The notes: generated by a model not told the origin, from the sequence alone. 64,000 nucleotides of DNA from a bacterium (GCA_021836035.1 JAKBJL010000001.1:44370-108369), one strand, 5' to 3'; shown: positions 17,222 through 27,345, counted from the stretch's first letter. Translations and numbers: made by a program.

Positions 17222-17828
17222 AGTTCTTCCTAAAAAGAAAAATTCCCCCGCTAACTAATAATAATCCACCAAACGCCAGAAGGAAAGTATTTTCACTAGC
17301 TCCGGTCTGCGGGAGATCGGCGGTAGTTTCTCCGGCTAAAACCTGTCCGCCGCTAACTGTGAAACTAGCGTTGTTCACTGCTTCCAAAACATCGGCTTGC
17401 CCTTTGTCGTCTAAAACGAAACTGCTTCCCTCTTTCGTTCCGTTATAAACAAAAGTAATTTTAGCCGCCCCGCTTTTTAATGCTTTAATGTCCAGGTTGG
17501 CCAGAGTCTCTGTCCCCGAAAACTTTGCAGCTACCGGCCCGGTATCCAACAAAATTTTACCTGAGGCCGCTTCGTTTTGCGCCAGAGGTAAAGTACCGGC
17601 GGCAACAGTCACCGCCAGGAGTTCAGGATCATAATCAATAATCGCCGCCGCCCGGCTGACCGGCAGACTCGAGGTATCAACGGTTACCGCGGCATTAAAA
17701 ACTTCCCCGACTTTCACCGCTTTTTCGGCTGGGGTTAGCGAAAGAACCGTCCCGGCAGCACTGGCCGGGGAAGCGGCTGTCAACCAAAAGAAGAAAACAA
17801 AAAACGCTGATAAGGCAGCTTTCTTCAC
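17211..17828 (-). CDS. secreted LPXTG-anchored surface protein with a cohesin-like beta domain
   Basis: Signal peptide. C-terminal LPQTG, hydrophobic segment, then positive tail (RKNYGS): a classic sortase sorting signal. Confidence 0.65.
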   Translation of the reverse strand: MKKAALSAFFVFFFWLTAASPASAAGTVLSLTPAEKAVKVGEVFNAAVTVDTSSLPVSRAAAIIDYDPELLAVTVAAGTLPLAQNEAASGKILLDTGPVAAKFSGTETLANLDIKALKSGAAKITFVYNGTKEGSSFVLDDKGQADVLEAVNNASFTVSGGQVLAGETTADLPQTGASENTFLLAFGGLLLVSGGIFLFRKNYGS

Positions 17829-17832
17829 CAGC

Positions 17833-18339
17833 TTAATTAATCAGGTAGCTTGCGTTGAGTGCCTTTTCCGTTCCGGACGCCTGGGTGAAAATGAACTGGG
17901 CGGTCCCGGCTTTTTTCGGTTGGAAACGGAAGCTGGCAACAATTCCTGTTACCGGCTTAATAGCACTATTGAGGGCAGAGATTACCATTTTCCCCTTGGT
18001 ATTGTCAACCTGGGTCACGACATAATTTTCAAATATCGTCCCCTTACCCAGCGCGGAAACCTGGACCATATTGGGATCGAAACTTACCACAAAGTCGACA
18101 TTTTGTACCGGTTTATTATTGCTCTCGAGAATAATGCCAACGGGGATACCTTCAGTTGTCGTCCGACCGAAAGTTCCCTGCTGGGGGAAGAAAGATACGG
18201 TCACAACCTTGGCCTGTTGTGCTTCAGTTTTAAAAGTCTGCGGCGAAGGCTCACTGGATTTGGAGATCACTAAAGGCAGGGTTATTACTAAGGCCAGAAT
18301 TCCGAGAACCAGGGGGACATAAGAAAGGCGGCTGTACAT
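17833..18339 (-). CDS. secreted/membrane-anchored paralog of the LPXTG protein, without the sorting signal
   Basis: N-terminal TM or signal peptide. Shares a similar motif with the downstream gene (VVSFDPNMVQVSAL vs AIIDYDPELLAVTVA). Confidence 0.55.
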   Translation of the reverse strand: MYSRLSYVPLVLGILALVITLPLVISKSSEPSPQTFKTEAQQAKVVTVSFFPQQGTFGRTTTEGIPVGIILESNNKPVQNVDFVVSFDPNMVQVSALGKGTIFENYVVTQVDNTKGKMVISALNSAIKPVTGIVASFRFQPKKAGTAQFIFTQASGTEKALNASYLIN

Positions 18340-18397
18340 AACATGATACTAGGACAATTATTTCTCGGAAGCAAGAACCATTTTAACCCCTAATCCC

Positions 18398-18661
18398 TCA
18401 TCGCCTAGCGTTTTTTAGCTGTTTTAATTTCCACATAAAAAGTGCCGCGCGGTTGCGGACCTTGGCGTCACGAACATAAGAAAGAGCCGCTTCCAGTAAA
18501 AGCCGGGGAGTAGTTTTGGCCAGCTTAATATATAAAGAGCGATGTAGGGGATCATTCAATTCTTCAGCAAGCCTCAAGCCAAACTCCTGAAATTCCCGGG
18601 AAACGCGGGTGTCCGTTTCCGCAGGGTTATATTTAGATAAGAGTTTTTTGAGAGACAGCAT
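18398..18661 (-). CDS. hypothetical alpha-helical protein (87 aa)
   Basis: ORF with plausible composition, directly upstream of pth. Confidence 0.4.
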   Translation of the reverse strand: MLSLKKLLSKYNPAETDTRVSREFQEFGLRLAEELNDPLHRSLYIKLAKTTPRLLLEAALSYVRDAKVRNRAALFMWKLKQLKNARR

Positions 18662-18673
18662 ATATACTTTGGG

Positions 18674-19192
18674 CTAGCGGGTGACAGGATCCTCAAATTC
18701 TAATGACTTCGCCTTAAGTTCTTCAACTATTTTCGGGAACGCCCTCTGTTCTAAGATCTCCAGCTCTTCTTTCGTAAAATCCTGCAGTACGTATTCTTCC
18801 CCCGGTGTCCGGGGAATTCCTGCCCGCCTACTGGCGGGGCGGTTATCCACCCCGATCCGGACGCGCCAAAAGTCCTTCGTCCCCAGCTCCTTTTCGACCG
18901 ATTGAATACCGTAATGTAATTGCGGCCCGACTCCGAACTGAATCTTATATTCTCCCAACGGGATGTCCAGGTCGTCGTGAGCAATATACAAATCTTCCGG
19001 CTTTACCCTATAGAAAGCCACCCACCTTCGCACCGCTTCACCCGACTCGTTCATAAAGGTATTCGTTTCCATTGATTTCAAATTAAAATTTTCAAGTTTC
19101 AAATTCGCTTTGCGCACGAAGCGTTGTCCGGCATTGTGCCGGTTCTTCTCATATTGTTTCCCCGGATTACCTAAACCAATCAACAGTTTCAT
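18674..19192 (-). CDS. pth: peptidyl-tRNA hydrolase
   Basis: MKLLIGLGNPGKQYEKNRHNAGQ signature of Pth. Confidence 0.85.
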   Translation of the reverse strand: MKLLIGLGNPGKQYEKNRHNAGQRFVRKANLKLENFNLKSMETNTFMNESGEAVRRWVAFYRVKPEDLYIAHDDLDIPLGEYKIQFGVGPQLHYGIQSVEKELGTKDFWRVRIGVDNRPASRRAGIPRTPGEEYVLQDFTKEELEILEQRAFPKIVEELKAKSLEFEDPVTR

Positions 19193-19253
19193 ATCTGGCA
19201 ATCAAAACAACCCCTGCCGGAGCAGGGGCAAAAATCTGGCACCCAGGTAAAAT

Positions 19254-19589
19254 TTAACCCTTGGAAGTTTTTTCCAGAACCAAGCTCGACCAATCGCCAA
19301 GTACCGGCAGCATCACCTTTTCGCCGTTATAAATCTTTACCGTCAGGATTATCTGGATAATAAAGCCTGCCAGCCAAATCACCGGCGGCAGGATCACCGT
19401 CAGTGTGGTCACTAAGGCCAGGAACCAAATCACGATCATCAGGAGCAAACCCTGGACGGCATTCAGACGGACATACTCGTCTTTTTCGATAACGAGAAAA
19501 ACGATCGCCGCGATCCAGCCAACGAACGGCAAATAACAAAGAGAGCTGGCTACATTAGGCGCTAAATTCGTTTTCATCCTATGAATCAC
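19254..19589 (-). CDS. hypothetical membrane protein (about 3 TM)
   Basis: Hydrophobicity; no family recognised. Confidence 0.45.
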   Translation of the reverse strand: MIHRMKTNLAPNVASSLCYLPFVGWIAAIVFLVIEKDEYVRLNAVQGLLLMIVIWFLALVTTLTVILPPVIWLAGFIIQIILTVKIYNGEKVMLPVLGDWSSLVLEKTSKG

Positions 19590-19684
19590 CTCGCTTCCTT
19601 ATTGTCCTCCCTTCTAGTCTGGAATATACAGGTAAGTTTGTCAACCAACAAAAGAACGGGAGATAAACCTGCCCATATTAACGA

Positions 19685-21451
19685 TCATTTTGCTTGGAGT
19701 TTAAAGATTGCTTCCATCTCTTTGGTGCTGGTAGTATCTTCGGGGTTCTTCTCCCGCCAGCGCACCAGCCTGGGGAAGCGCAGGGCTAAACCTGCGGTGT
19801 GCATGGGGCTCTTGGTCAGTTCGTCCGCTTTAAATTCCCCCACCAGTTTGGGCCTAAGCCAGACGTCGCACCCCATTGTCTTATTAACATTGTAGTTTTT
19901 TGGTTTTTCACTAACCGCCAGCCCCTTGCCCCTGGCTGCCAATTCTTGCCATTCCTCATCCGTAAGCCCCGTCCCGATCTTACTAATAGTCTTAAATGAA
20001 TCCTCTTTTTTATCATAAACGCCGACGAGGAACGCCCCCACACCGAATTTGCTCCTCTTCCCCTGCCCGTAATCGTAACCCATGACCACAGCATCAATCG
20101 TATCTGCAAGCTTGCTTTCATAAGATTTTTTATATTTAATCCAGTTCCAGCCCCGCGCTCCGGCTTGGTAAACCCCATCCAATTTTTTAGCCATAATCCC
20201 CTCCAGGTTCTTGGCGAGTGCAGCATGAAATAATTTTTCAATTTCGGCAGCATCATTGACAATATGCATCTCTGCCGGCTGGATAGTATTCTCCTTACGA
20301 AGAAGCTTTTCCACCTCTTTCCGGCGCACAGTATAGGGTTCATTAATCAGGCTTCTGCCGTTTAGGTAAAGACAGTCAAAAACAATTAATTTGAGGGGAA
20401 CGTTTTTACTGAACGACTCAATATCATATTTCCGTTTTCTTTGCACGGTTTCCTGGAAAGGCAAAAATTTTCCGCTTTGGGGATTATAGCCGATGGCCTC
20501 GCCGTCAAGAATTACGTCCTCACAGGCAATTTCCTTTTCTGCCGCCGCTACCAGATCCGGGTACATCCCCGTGACGTTTTCAAGCCCCCGGCTGTATAGT
20601 CTAACCTCACAGCTTCCAGCTTTAAGCCCCCATCTTTGGGCTCGCTTTATGTGCAATTGCGTTCTTAACCCGTCCACTTTGGGCTCAATTGCACAGCGTC
20701 CCCCCGTATTCTCTAAAATATCGTCCGGGCTGGCCGCCCTTTCTGCCCGCATGGGCAGAAGAGGCGTCCCCGTGACCGGCTTTATCTCTTCGATGCTCGC
20801 CAACGCTTGCTTTTTACCCGCTTTGATCACCGCTCTTACCTGTTTTGCGATATAACCCAAATCCGGACGGATATTGTAAACAGCTTCCATTGCCGGTTTA
20901 TTTCCCTTTGTTTTATCCATCATCCAGGATAAACCTTCAAGCACCGTCATATCGGAAAAACCCAGGCGCATTTTATCCACCGGGATGCGGGCGATATATT
21001 TTGCCGATAGCGGATCGCTCTCCTGCAAAAGACCGGAGAGAATGCCGATCTTTTTTTCTACCGAACCTTCCCCCCCGGACTGGGCAATTCTCAGAAGCTC
21101 CATAAAAACTTCTGTCACCGTCTTTTTATTATTTTTTTTATTTTTATTGATTTTATTAGAAAGATCCCGAGCTGCTTCTCCCAGATCGCCGTTTTTTTTA
21201 AAAATTTCAGTTGCTTTACCGACCCCCACACCGAACGCTAACTCCAGCGCCCTAAGAATCATTTTCTCCGCCATCCCGAATTCTACCGGCTCGTAAAGCG
21301 GCGCAACCCTTCCTTGGGTTAAATACACTACTTTGTCAATTTCCGAAGCTTCGGCCTCGCCGAACAGGCGAGATAGAATTTCTACCATGGCGTTCCGGGA
21401 GGAAGTAAGTTCTAATTGCGCAAAATATTCCGCTAGCTTTTGAAAGGTCAT
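19685..21451 (-). CDS. ATP-dependent DNA ligase
   Basis: Motif I EPKVDGLR (KxDGxR) and an OB-fold C-terminus. Lys-rich low-complexity insert (KINKNKKNNKK). Confidence 0.85.
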   Translation of the reverse strand: MTFQKLAEYFAQLELTSSRNAMVEILSRLFGEAEASEIDKVVYLTQGRVAPLYEPVEFGMAEKMILRALELAFGVGVGKATEIFKKNGDLGEAARDLSNKINKNKKNNKKTVTEVFMELLRIAQSGGEGSVEKKIGILSGLLQESDPLSAKYIARIPVDKMRLGFSDMTVLEGLSWMMDKTKGNKPAMEAVYNIRPDLGYIAKQVRAVIKAGKKQALASIEEIKPVTGTPLLPMRAERAASPDDILENTGGRCAIEPKVDGLRTQLHIKRAQRWGLKAGSCEVRLYSRGLENVTGMYPDLVAAAEKEIACEDVILDGEAIGYNPQSGKFLPFQETVQRKRKYDIESFSKNVPLKLIVFDCLYLNGRSLINEPYTVRRKEVEKLLRKENTIQPAEMHIVNDAAEIEKLFHAALAKNLEGIMAKKLDGVYQAGARGWNWIKYKKSYESKLADTIDAVVMGYDYGQGKRSKFGVGAFLVGVYDKKEDSFKTISKIGTGLTDEEWQELAARGKGLAVSEKPKNYNVNKTMGCDVWLRPKLVGEFKADELTKSPMHTAGLALRFPRLVRWREKNPEDTTSTKEMEAIFKLQAK

Positions 21452-21455
21452 AAGA

Positions 21456-21638
21456 TTACTTGAAGATTAACATATAGGCTCCGAGGATTACGGCCAAAAA
21501 AATAAAGCCGGTAATAAGCGGCACCCAGGGGGGTTCCTGCCGCATGAGCTTATGGATGCCCTCAAAAATAAAACTGAGGGCAAAAAGACTGGGCAGTACC
21601 AAAGCGACAAAAATAAACTGCGGGCTATTCGCGTTCAT
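21456..21638 (-). CDS. small hypothetical membrane protein (60 aa, 2 TM)
   Basis: Begins 2 nt after the Fic stop codon, suggesting translational coupling. Confidence 0.35.
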   Translation of the reverse strand: MNANSPQFIFVALVLPSLFALSFIFEGIHKLMRQEPPWVPLITGFIFLAVILGAYMLIFK

Positions 21639-21639
21639 G

Positions 21640-22740
21640 TTAGCGCATGACGTACCTGGCAGCCTTCGTTTTTCCGGTCTTTTTAATTATCTTCTTTTTT
21701 AAAAGGTCTTTCAAATCGCGCAGAACCGTATCCTCGGAAACCATGGGTAAAATCTCCCTGAACATGGGATTAGTTAAAAAACCGACGTTTTCCATCACCT
21801 CGACCAGCTTGATCTGCCGGTTATTTAAATAAATCTGTCCTCCGGCCCGGGCTTTAATTTTTAAATCCACCGACAGGTGCTGAACCTGCTCTTTAACCCG
21901 ATTGAACTCAAGGGAGACACCTTCGATAAAATATTCCAGCCAGGCGGTCAATTCATGGTCGGGGTTCTGGTCGGCGGTCCTGATGGCATAATAGTAAGCG
22001 GCAACATTTTTATCATAATATTCTTCCAGGGAAAACAAGCGGCGGATATCATAGCCCTCATTTAAAAGGATCAGGGTCGCCATTGCCCGGCTGACCCGTC
22101 CGTTGCCTTCGGTAAAGGGGTGGATATGAATAATGGCATAATGCACTACCCCGGCTTTTATAATGGGGTGCAAATCCCAGGCGGTTGCGGAATTCAGCCA
22201 GGCGAAAAATTCCTCGAGCTGGTAGGCGACTTCCACGGCGGGCCGCGGCCGGTGAACCACCTCCCCGGTTAAGACATCCCGCAAAACGACTCCCACCTGC
22301 CGATATTTGCCCGCCTGGTCCTCCGGAACGATGCCGTCCACCGTCAATTTATGTAATTCTTTCAGTGTCTTCTCGTTATACAAATCTCCCCTTTTCCCCT
22401 CTTCCATTTTCTTTTCCTGTGGCCCGCTATTTACTGCCCCTGTCTCTTTTGAAATCTTCTCTAAGTAGCCCAACACTTTTCTGTAGTTAACTACTTCCCG
22501 AATGTCTCTCTCCCGGGCGACAATTTCTTTGCCCTCCAAGACTTTGCGGGCCTGTTCCAAATTAAGCTCGTTGCCCTCGACGTGGGTCCCGTAGTGGACC
22601 GCCCGGACCTCAGCCTCTTCTTTGAACTTGGCTTCCCAAGCCGGAAGCAAGGCAGCGCTCTCGACGACGGCCTTTGCCCCCTCGATAAGCCCGATATCCC
22701 GCAACATTTTCTGGGAAATGGTAAAACGGGGCTGGTACAT
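21640..22740 (-). CDS. Fic/DOC family protein (AMPylation-type motif HPFTEGNGR)
   Basis: Canonical Fic motif HPFTEGNGRVSR. The N-terminal segment DIGLIEGA resembles, imperfectly, the class II inhibitory motif. Confidence 0.85.
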   Translation of the reverse strand: MYQPRFTISQKMLRDIGLIEGAKAVVESAALLPAWEAKFKEEAEVRAVHYGTHVEGNELNLEQARKVLEGKEIVARERDIREVVNYRKVLGYLEKISKETGAVNSGPQEKKMEEGKRGDLYNEKTLKELHKLTVDGIVPEDQAGKYRQVGVVLRDVLTGEVVHRPRPAVEVAYQLEEFFAWLNSATAWDLHPIIKAGVVHYAIIHIHPFTEGNGRVSRAMATLILLNEGYDIRRLFSLEEYYDKNVAAYYYAIRTADQNPDHELTAWLEYFIEGVSLEFNRVKEQVQHLSVDLKIKARAGGQIYLNNRQIKLVEVMENVGFLTNPMFREILPMVSEDTVLRDLKDLLKKKIIKKTGKTKAARYVMR

Positions 22741-22784
22741 AAAATAATTTTACGCTCTTTTCCCGCAAATTGTATAATTCTCAT

Positions 22785-23513
22785 ATGAGGGTTTTACTTT
22801 ACGGCCGTTTTGGCATACACCCGGGGGAGGTTGAGGAACTCATTAGGGTCCACGGGCTGGAAATAATTACTCCTCCGGTTCCTCCCGACTCGCCCGGGGT
22901 AGCTCCCGATGTCGTCGTCACTTACGGCGGAGACGGGACCTTATTGGGTTCCGAGCGCGATTATCCGGGAATTCCCAAATTACCCCTGCGGAACAGCCAA
23001 ATTTGCCATCTCTGTTCAGCCCTGCCAAACGAAAGAATGCTGGAATTGTTGGCCCAAAACAAATTACATACCAGGTATTTGATGAAACTAGAGGCTGTAA
23101 CCGGCAAACAAAAAATAACCGCCCTAAATGACATTATCCTTGCCCACAAGTTCCCCAATACCGCCATTCGCTTTCGCCTTGCTTCTCCTGACCCGCTGCC
23201 CCGCTACCACGCTGCTCCGACTGACCTTATCGGCGATGGTCTCGTTATTGCTACCCCCTTCGGCAGCACCGGCTATTTTTACAGTATTACCCATAAAACC
23301 TTTTCCGGGGGGCTGGCTTTGGCTTTCAATAACCTCCACAATTCCCGGCAAAAAATGCAACTGTTCCCCGAAACGAAAACCGTTTCTATTTCCCTAACCC
23401 GCGGTCCGGCCGTCCTGGCGGCCGATAACGATCCCAACCTGCTGGATCTTCCCGAATCCGCCGAAATCCAAATAAAAAAATCGAAACAGGTAGCAAAAAT
23501 ACTTACCCCTTAA
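22785..23513 (+). CDS. nadK: NAD kinase
   Basis: GGDGTLL motif and an NAD-kinase C-terminal beta domain. Start taken at MRVLLYGRF. Confidence 0.8.
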   Translation: MRVLLYGRFGIHPGEVEELIRVHGLEIITPPVPPDSPGVAPDVVVTYGGDGTLLGSERDYPGIPKLPLRNSQICHLCSALPNERMLELLAQNKLHTRYLMKLEAVTGKQKITALNDIILAHKFPNTAIRFRLASPDPLPRYHAAPTDLIGDGLVIATPFGSTGYFYSITHKTFSGGLALAFNNLHNSRQKMQLFPETKTVSISLTRGPAVLAADNDPNLLDLPESAEIQIKKSKQVAKILTP

Positions 23514-23514
23514 T

Positions 23515-23672
23515 TTTAGAAAGGGTGCCAACCACCGAGAATCCCAAAAACACATGCGTATCCCCCTCTTTTAAATAACAAAGGGGAAAGAGAATAGAAT
23601 AAAGAAAAACTTTTAAAAGAATTGTCATGGTGGCTAACCGGCTTTCGGGGGTGGGTAGCTGGCGGGATCCTT
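23515..23672 (+). repeat. MITE-like intergenic repeat, copy E (divergent)
   Basis: TTTTAGAAAGGGTGCCAACC ... GGTAGCTGGCGGGATCC, flanked by TTGAATTAAAA. Confidence 0.6.
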
Positions 23673-23688
23673 GAATTAAAATACGAAA

Positions 23689-24837
23689 CTATTTCAATTC
23701 CAACAATTGCACATGCTTGAGCAAGTTTTTTTCCACCAGATGCAGATCTGTCGTAGTCATAATAGTCTGCTGCTTGGGAATCGCTTCCAGAATATGGTGG
23801 CGGTTCGTATGGTCCAGCTCCGAAAAAATATCATCCAGGAGTAAAATCGGGTTTTCCCCCGTTTGGGTTTTAACATATTCCAGTTCCCCCAGTTTAATGG
23901 CAAACACCGCTAGCCTTTGCTCACCCCTTGAACCATATAGTTTCACATCCCTTTCTTTTTGTATCTTGTTTCTTGTATCTTGGAGCTTTTCGACGGCGAA
24001 GTCATCTCGATGCGGTCCGACTAATGTCACGGCCGCGTCTATCTCTTCCCGGGCATATTTTTCCAGCCGCTCTGGTGAAATTATGCTGTGGTCATATTGC
24101 AGTTCGATGGGGAAGATCTTGCTCGGTAAATTATTTAAAAATTCCAGATATTCCTTTCTTCTTTCGTGAATTATGGCGCCGTTATTTACCAACAATCCAT
24201 CCCAATATTCCATTTCTATACGCCTTACGCTTTCCGCTATCTGCTCCTCGCGAATCCGCCAGAGCAGCCGGTTTCTCTGTCTTAAAGCCCGTTCGTAAAG
24301 GTGCGCTGCCAGCCGGTAATCTTTATATACCTGCGACAAAACCCCGTCCAGGTAACGACGCCGGGTCGAGGGAGAGTCGGCCACAATTTCTAAATCCCCC
24401 GGAGAAAATAAAACCGCCCGGAGGTGGCCGATAAAATCGATTTGTCTCCTCCCTACCCCGTTCACCTTATATAGTTTCTGGAATCTTTCTCTCGCGTCCC
24501 AATCTAATTCTAGCTCTATCTCTGTCCCCCCACTCCCCGATTCCCGCCCCTTCTCCTTTGTCTCACTTGCCCTGAGCGAAGTCGAAGGACTACCCGCTAC
24601 TTTTGTCCCGCTTATTATTACCTTTCCCACCAACCTGCTAACCGCCTGTCCTTCCCTGATTACTTCCGCTTCCGTTTCCGCCCGAAAGCTTTTCCCGGTT
24701 GCTAAAGCGTAAATGGCTTCCAAAATATTGGTTTTCCCCACCGCATTCGGTCCGACAATTAAAGTAGAGCCACTATTAAAATGCAGGTTGCTTTTTGGGT
24801 AGTTGCGGAAGTTTCCGAGGGTTAACTCCGATATCAT
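23689..24837 (-). CDS. recF: DNA replication and repair protein RecF
   Basis: N-terminal Walker A GPNAVGKTNILEAI, SMC-like signature, C-terminal LLLDDIFSELD. Gly/Ser-rich insert. Confidence 0.85.
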   Translation of the reverse strand: MISELTLGNFRNYPKSNLHFNSGSTLIVGPNAVGKTNILEAIYALATGKSFRAETEAEVIREGQAVSRLVGKVIISGTKVAGSPSTSLRASETKEKGRESGSGGTEIELELDWDARERFQKLYKVNGVGRRQIDFIGHLRAVLFSPGDLEIVADSPSTRRRYLDGVLSQVYKDYRLAAHLYERALRQRNRLLWRIREEQIAESVRRIEMEYWDGLLVNNGAIIHERRKEYLEFLNNLPSKIFPIELQYDHSIISPERLEKYAREEIDAAVTLVGPHRDDFAVEKLQDTRNKIQKERDVKLYGSRGEQRLAVFAIKLGELEYVKTQTGENPILLLDDIFSELDHTNRHHILEAIPKQQTIMTTTDLHLVEKNLLKHVQLLELK

Positions 24838-24847
24838 CAGGGGAATT

Positions 24848-25039
24848 CTACCGCATTTTCAGTTTTGCTTCACACCCGGCGCAGGGATCGGTCAGGGGGG
24901 TTAACTCCAATATTCTCATGCGGCTGTTAATTTGCTCCTGGTAAAAATCCGTCCGGTCCCTTTGCTGTCCAAGGTTTTCCGTTAAATATTTTAGGCGAAG
25001 GCATTTCCGGGGATTGCAAGCTTCCACTTTTTCGGCCAT
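24848..25039 (-). CDS. small putative zinc-ribbon protein (63 aa, CxxxxC...CxxC)
   Basis: Four Cys arranged as two pairs. Directly downstream of recF. Confidence 0.35.
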   Translation of the reverse strand: MAEKVEACNPRKCLRLKYLTENLGQQRDRTDFYQEQINSRMRILELTPLTDPCAGCEAKLKMR

Positions 25040-25186
25040 CGATTAAATCTAGCACCCCGAAATTATTTTCTACAAGTGGCAACTTTTGCTTCCGATGTTT
25101 TTTCTGCCGATTAACTTAACCTATTGCATCAACCCAAAACAGGGTTCAACCCTTTCGCAGGGCTCATTCCCGCGCGTTACCGCGCA

Positions 25187-26035
25187 TTAGCCCTGGCAGA
25201 CGGGGCAGAAGAATGTTCCCCTCCCCCCGATTACGCTTTTTTGGATAATACCTCCGTCATTCCGGGGACAAGCCTTCCCGGTTCGATGGTAGACATTTAA
25301 ATGCTCCTGCATTCCCCCCGGCTGGCCGAGAAGATCAACGTACGACCGATCTCCCGACGTGCTCCCGCCATACTTTATTCCCTCCCTGAGTACCTTAATC
25401 ACGCACGTGCGGATTATCGGTACTATCTTGGGGGCTTGGCGAACAAGAACGCTCGCGCTTTCCCGCGGATTGATTCGCGCGCACCATAAAATTTCATTAG
25501 CGTAGATATTCCCGATTCCGGCAATTTTTTCCTGGTCTAAAAGTAAAAGCTTTATCGGCCGTTTCCACCCCCGACATGTCTCTGCAAGGTATTTCTCTGT
25601 AAATTCCTTCCCCAGGGCATCCGGTCCCAGTTTTTGATTATCCATTGCCCATTGCGTATCGCTCATTATTTTTATCCTTCCGAATTTCCGTACATCATTA
25701 AAAAACAAAGTTCCTTTATCCAATCCAAAAATTGCCCGCGTATGTTTATTCGGTAGCTCCCCGGTTATCGGGTTTTTATCTTTATTAATTTTATCGGTTT
25801 TATTATAGACCAGCCTCCCCGTCATCCTTAGGTGAATAGTGAGAAATTTCCCGTTAGAAAGCTTTAGAACTATGGTTTTCCCCCGTCTTTCCACACCCCT
25901 GATTTCCTCCCCGATAATGTCTTTTTCATTGCCGCCGAAAACCGCCGGCAATATGATATCGACAGAATTTATTTTTCTTCCGCGAAGATTTTGGAGTTGG
26001 TTAACTATCGTCTGAACCTCGGGAAGTTCCGGCAT
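25187..26035 (-). CDS. mutM: formamidopyrimidine-DNA glycosylase (Fpg/MutM)
   Basis: N-terminal MPELPEV with catalytic Pro2/Glu3, H2TH region, C-terminal zinc finger ...CPVCQG. Confidence 0.85.
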   Translation of the reverse strand: MPELPEVQTIVNQLQNLRGRKINSVDIILPAVFGGNEKDIIGEEIRGVERRGKTIVLKLSNGKFLTIHLRMTGRLVYNKTDKINKDKNPITGELPNKHTRAIFGLDKGTLFFNDVRKFGRIKIMSDTQWAMDNQKLGPDALGKEFTEKYLAETCRGWKRPIKLLLLDQEKIAGIGNIYANEILWCARINPRESASVLVRQAPKIVPIIRTCVIKVLREGIKYGGSTSGDRSYVDLLGQPGGMQEHLNVYHRTGKACPRNDGGIIQKSVIGGRGTFFCPVCQG

Positions 26036-26050
26036 AATTAACTTTAAACT

Positions 26051-27265
26051 TTAAGTCGTTAAGCTCTTGATTTCTTTAATGAACCTTTCCCTGCTAAACT
26101 TTTCCGCCTGTTTTCTTAAGTCTTCAACTTTAAACTTTAAACCTTGCACCCGCTCCATTGCCTCCGCTAAACTCTCCGCATTATATTCCGCAAAGAAAGT
26201 TCCGGTCTTTCCTTCAATTATCGTTTCCAAATAACCGCCGGAGGCATAAGCGACTACCGGGGTCCCGGCCGCCAGCCCTTCGACCGGAGTTATGCCAAAG
26301 TCTTCATCGTGTCCTATTGCTAAAAATGCCTTGGCATGAGCATATAAATTATACAGCTGGTTATCCGGCACTCGGCCGAGGAATTCCACATTGCTGCTTT
26401 GTAAATTCTCAATTTTCTTCTTCTCCCATTTAATCCCGGCATATTCCCCGACTATTTTTAACGGGACTCCCAGTTTATTCGCTGCTTCCATAGCCAGATC
26501 TACTCCCTTTGCTCCCGCAATTCTCCCGACTACCAGAAAATAGGAACCTTCGCCCCGCGAAGAATCCTGTGATCCTCCCCCGCCTTTGGCGGGGTACGCG
26601 CCCAGATCCCCACGTTTATAGGGAGAGACCCCGCTGGCCCGCGGGGTTTCTCCCTGCGAAGCCACCGCGATTCTCGATGTTTCTACGGGGGGATACACTA
26701 CGACTGAGTTTTTCCGGTAGAATTTTTTTATCCTCGCCGCCACATTGTGGGAATTGGCTATAAACTGATCGACTCTTTGCGCTCCTAAAAAATCATAGAG
26801 CCTTAAAAAATGCCCGAGAATATAACCATAAATTTTCACCGGCCAGTATCTTTGCCACTCCAGTGCTGTCTGGTAACCGTATAAAAAACGCGGCGGCGTA
26901 TGGCAATAACAAATAACCCTTACGTTTCTGGGTATCCGCGCGGGTTTAGTCAGATAGCCACTGCTGGATAAAATTACCAGGTCATAACCGGAGAAATCAA
27001 AAGATTCCCAGATTAAAGGAACCAGAAAGCGCAGCGGACTGAATAAATTAAAATTTCTGATGAAAATATTTGCCCAGGAGGTAATAATTTTAGCATTGCT
27101 CCCGTCCTCCCTTAGCTTGTCCTCAAACTGTTTCTCCGCCGTACTCCCCGGAGTAACAAAGGCGGTATAAATCGGTGCGTCGGGGAACATTTCGTGCAGG
27201 ACCATCAAAACCCTCTCTGCTCCGCCGAACTCCTTTAGATAATCATGCACCAACGCGACTTTCAT
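26051..27265 (-). CDS. glycosyltransferase family 4 (GT-B fold)
   Basis: E..EDFGITPVEGLAAGTPVVA donor-binding motif. Gly/Ser-rich low-complexity insert of about 40 aa. Confidence 0.8.
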   Translation of the reverse strand: MKVALVHDYLKEFGGAERVLMVLHEMFPDAPIYTAFVTPGSTAEKQFEDKLREDGSNAKIITSWANIFIRNFNLFSPLRFLVPLIWESFDFSGYDLVILSSSGYLTKPARIPRNVRVICYCHTPPRFLYGYQTALEWQRYWPVKIYGYILGHFLRLYDFLGAQRVDQFIANSHNVAARIKKFYRKNSVVVYPPVETSRIAVASQGETPRASGVSPYKRGDLGAYPAKGGGGSQDSSRGEGSYFLVVGRIAGAKGVDLAMEAANKLGVPLKIVGEYAGIKWEKKKIENLQSSNVEFLGRVPDNQLYNLYAHAKAFLAIGHDEDFGITPVEGLAAGTPVVAYASGGYLETIIEGKTGTFFAEYNAESLAEAMERVQGLKFKVEDLRKQAEKFSRERFIKEIKSLTT

Positions 27266-27345
27266 TAATTTGATTTTAATTTACCAGACAAGCTAAAACA
27301 AGAACGCTGGAAAAATCGCTCCGACTGTTATAAAATTTCCTCCTT

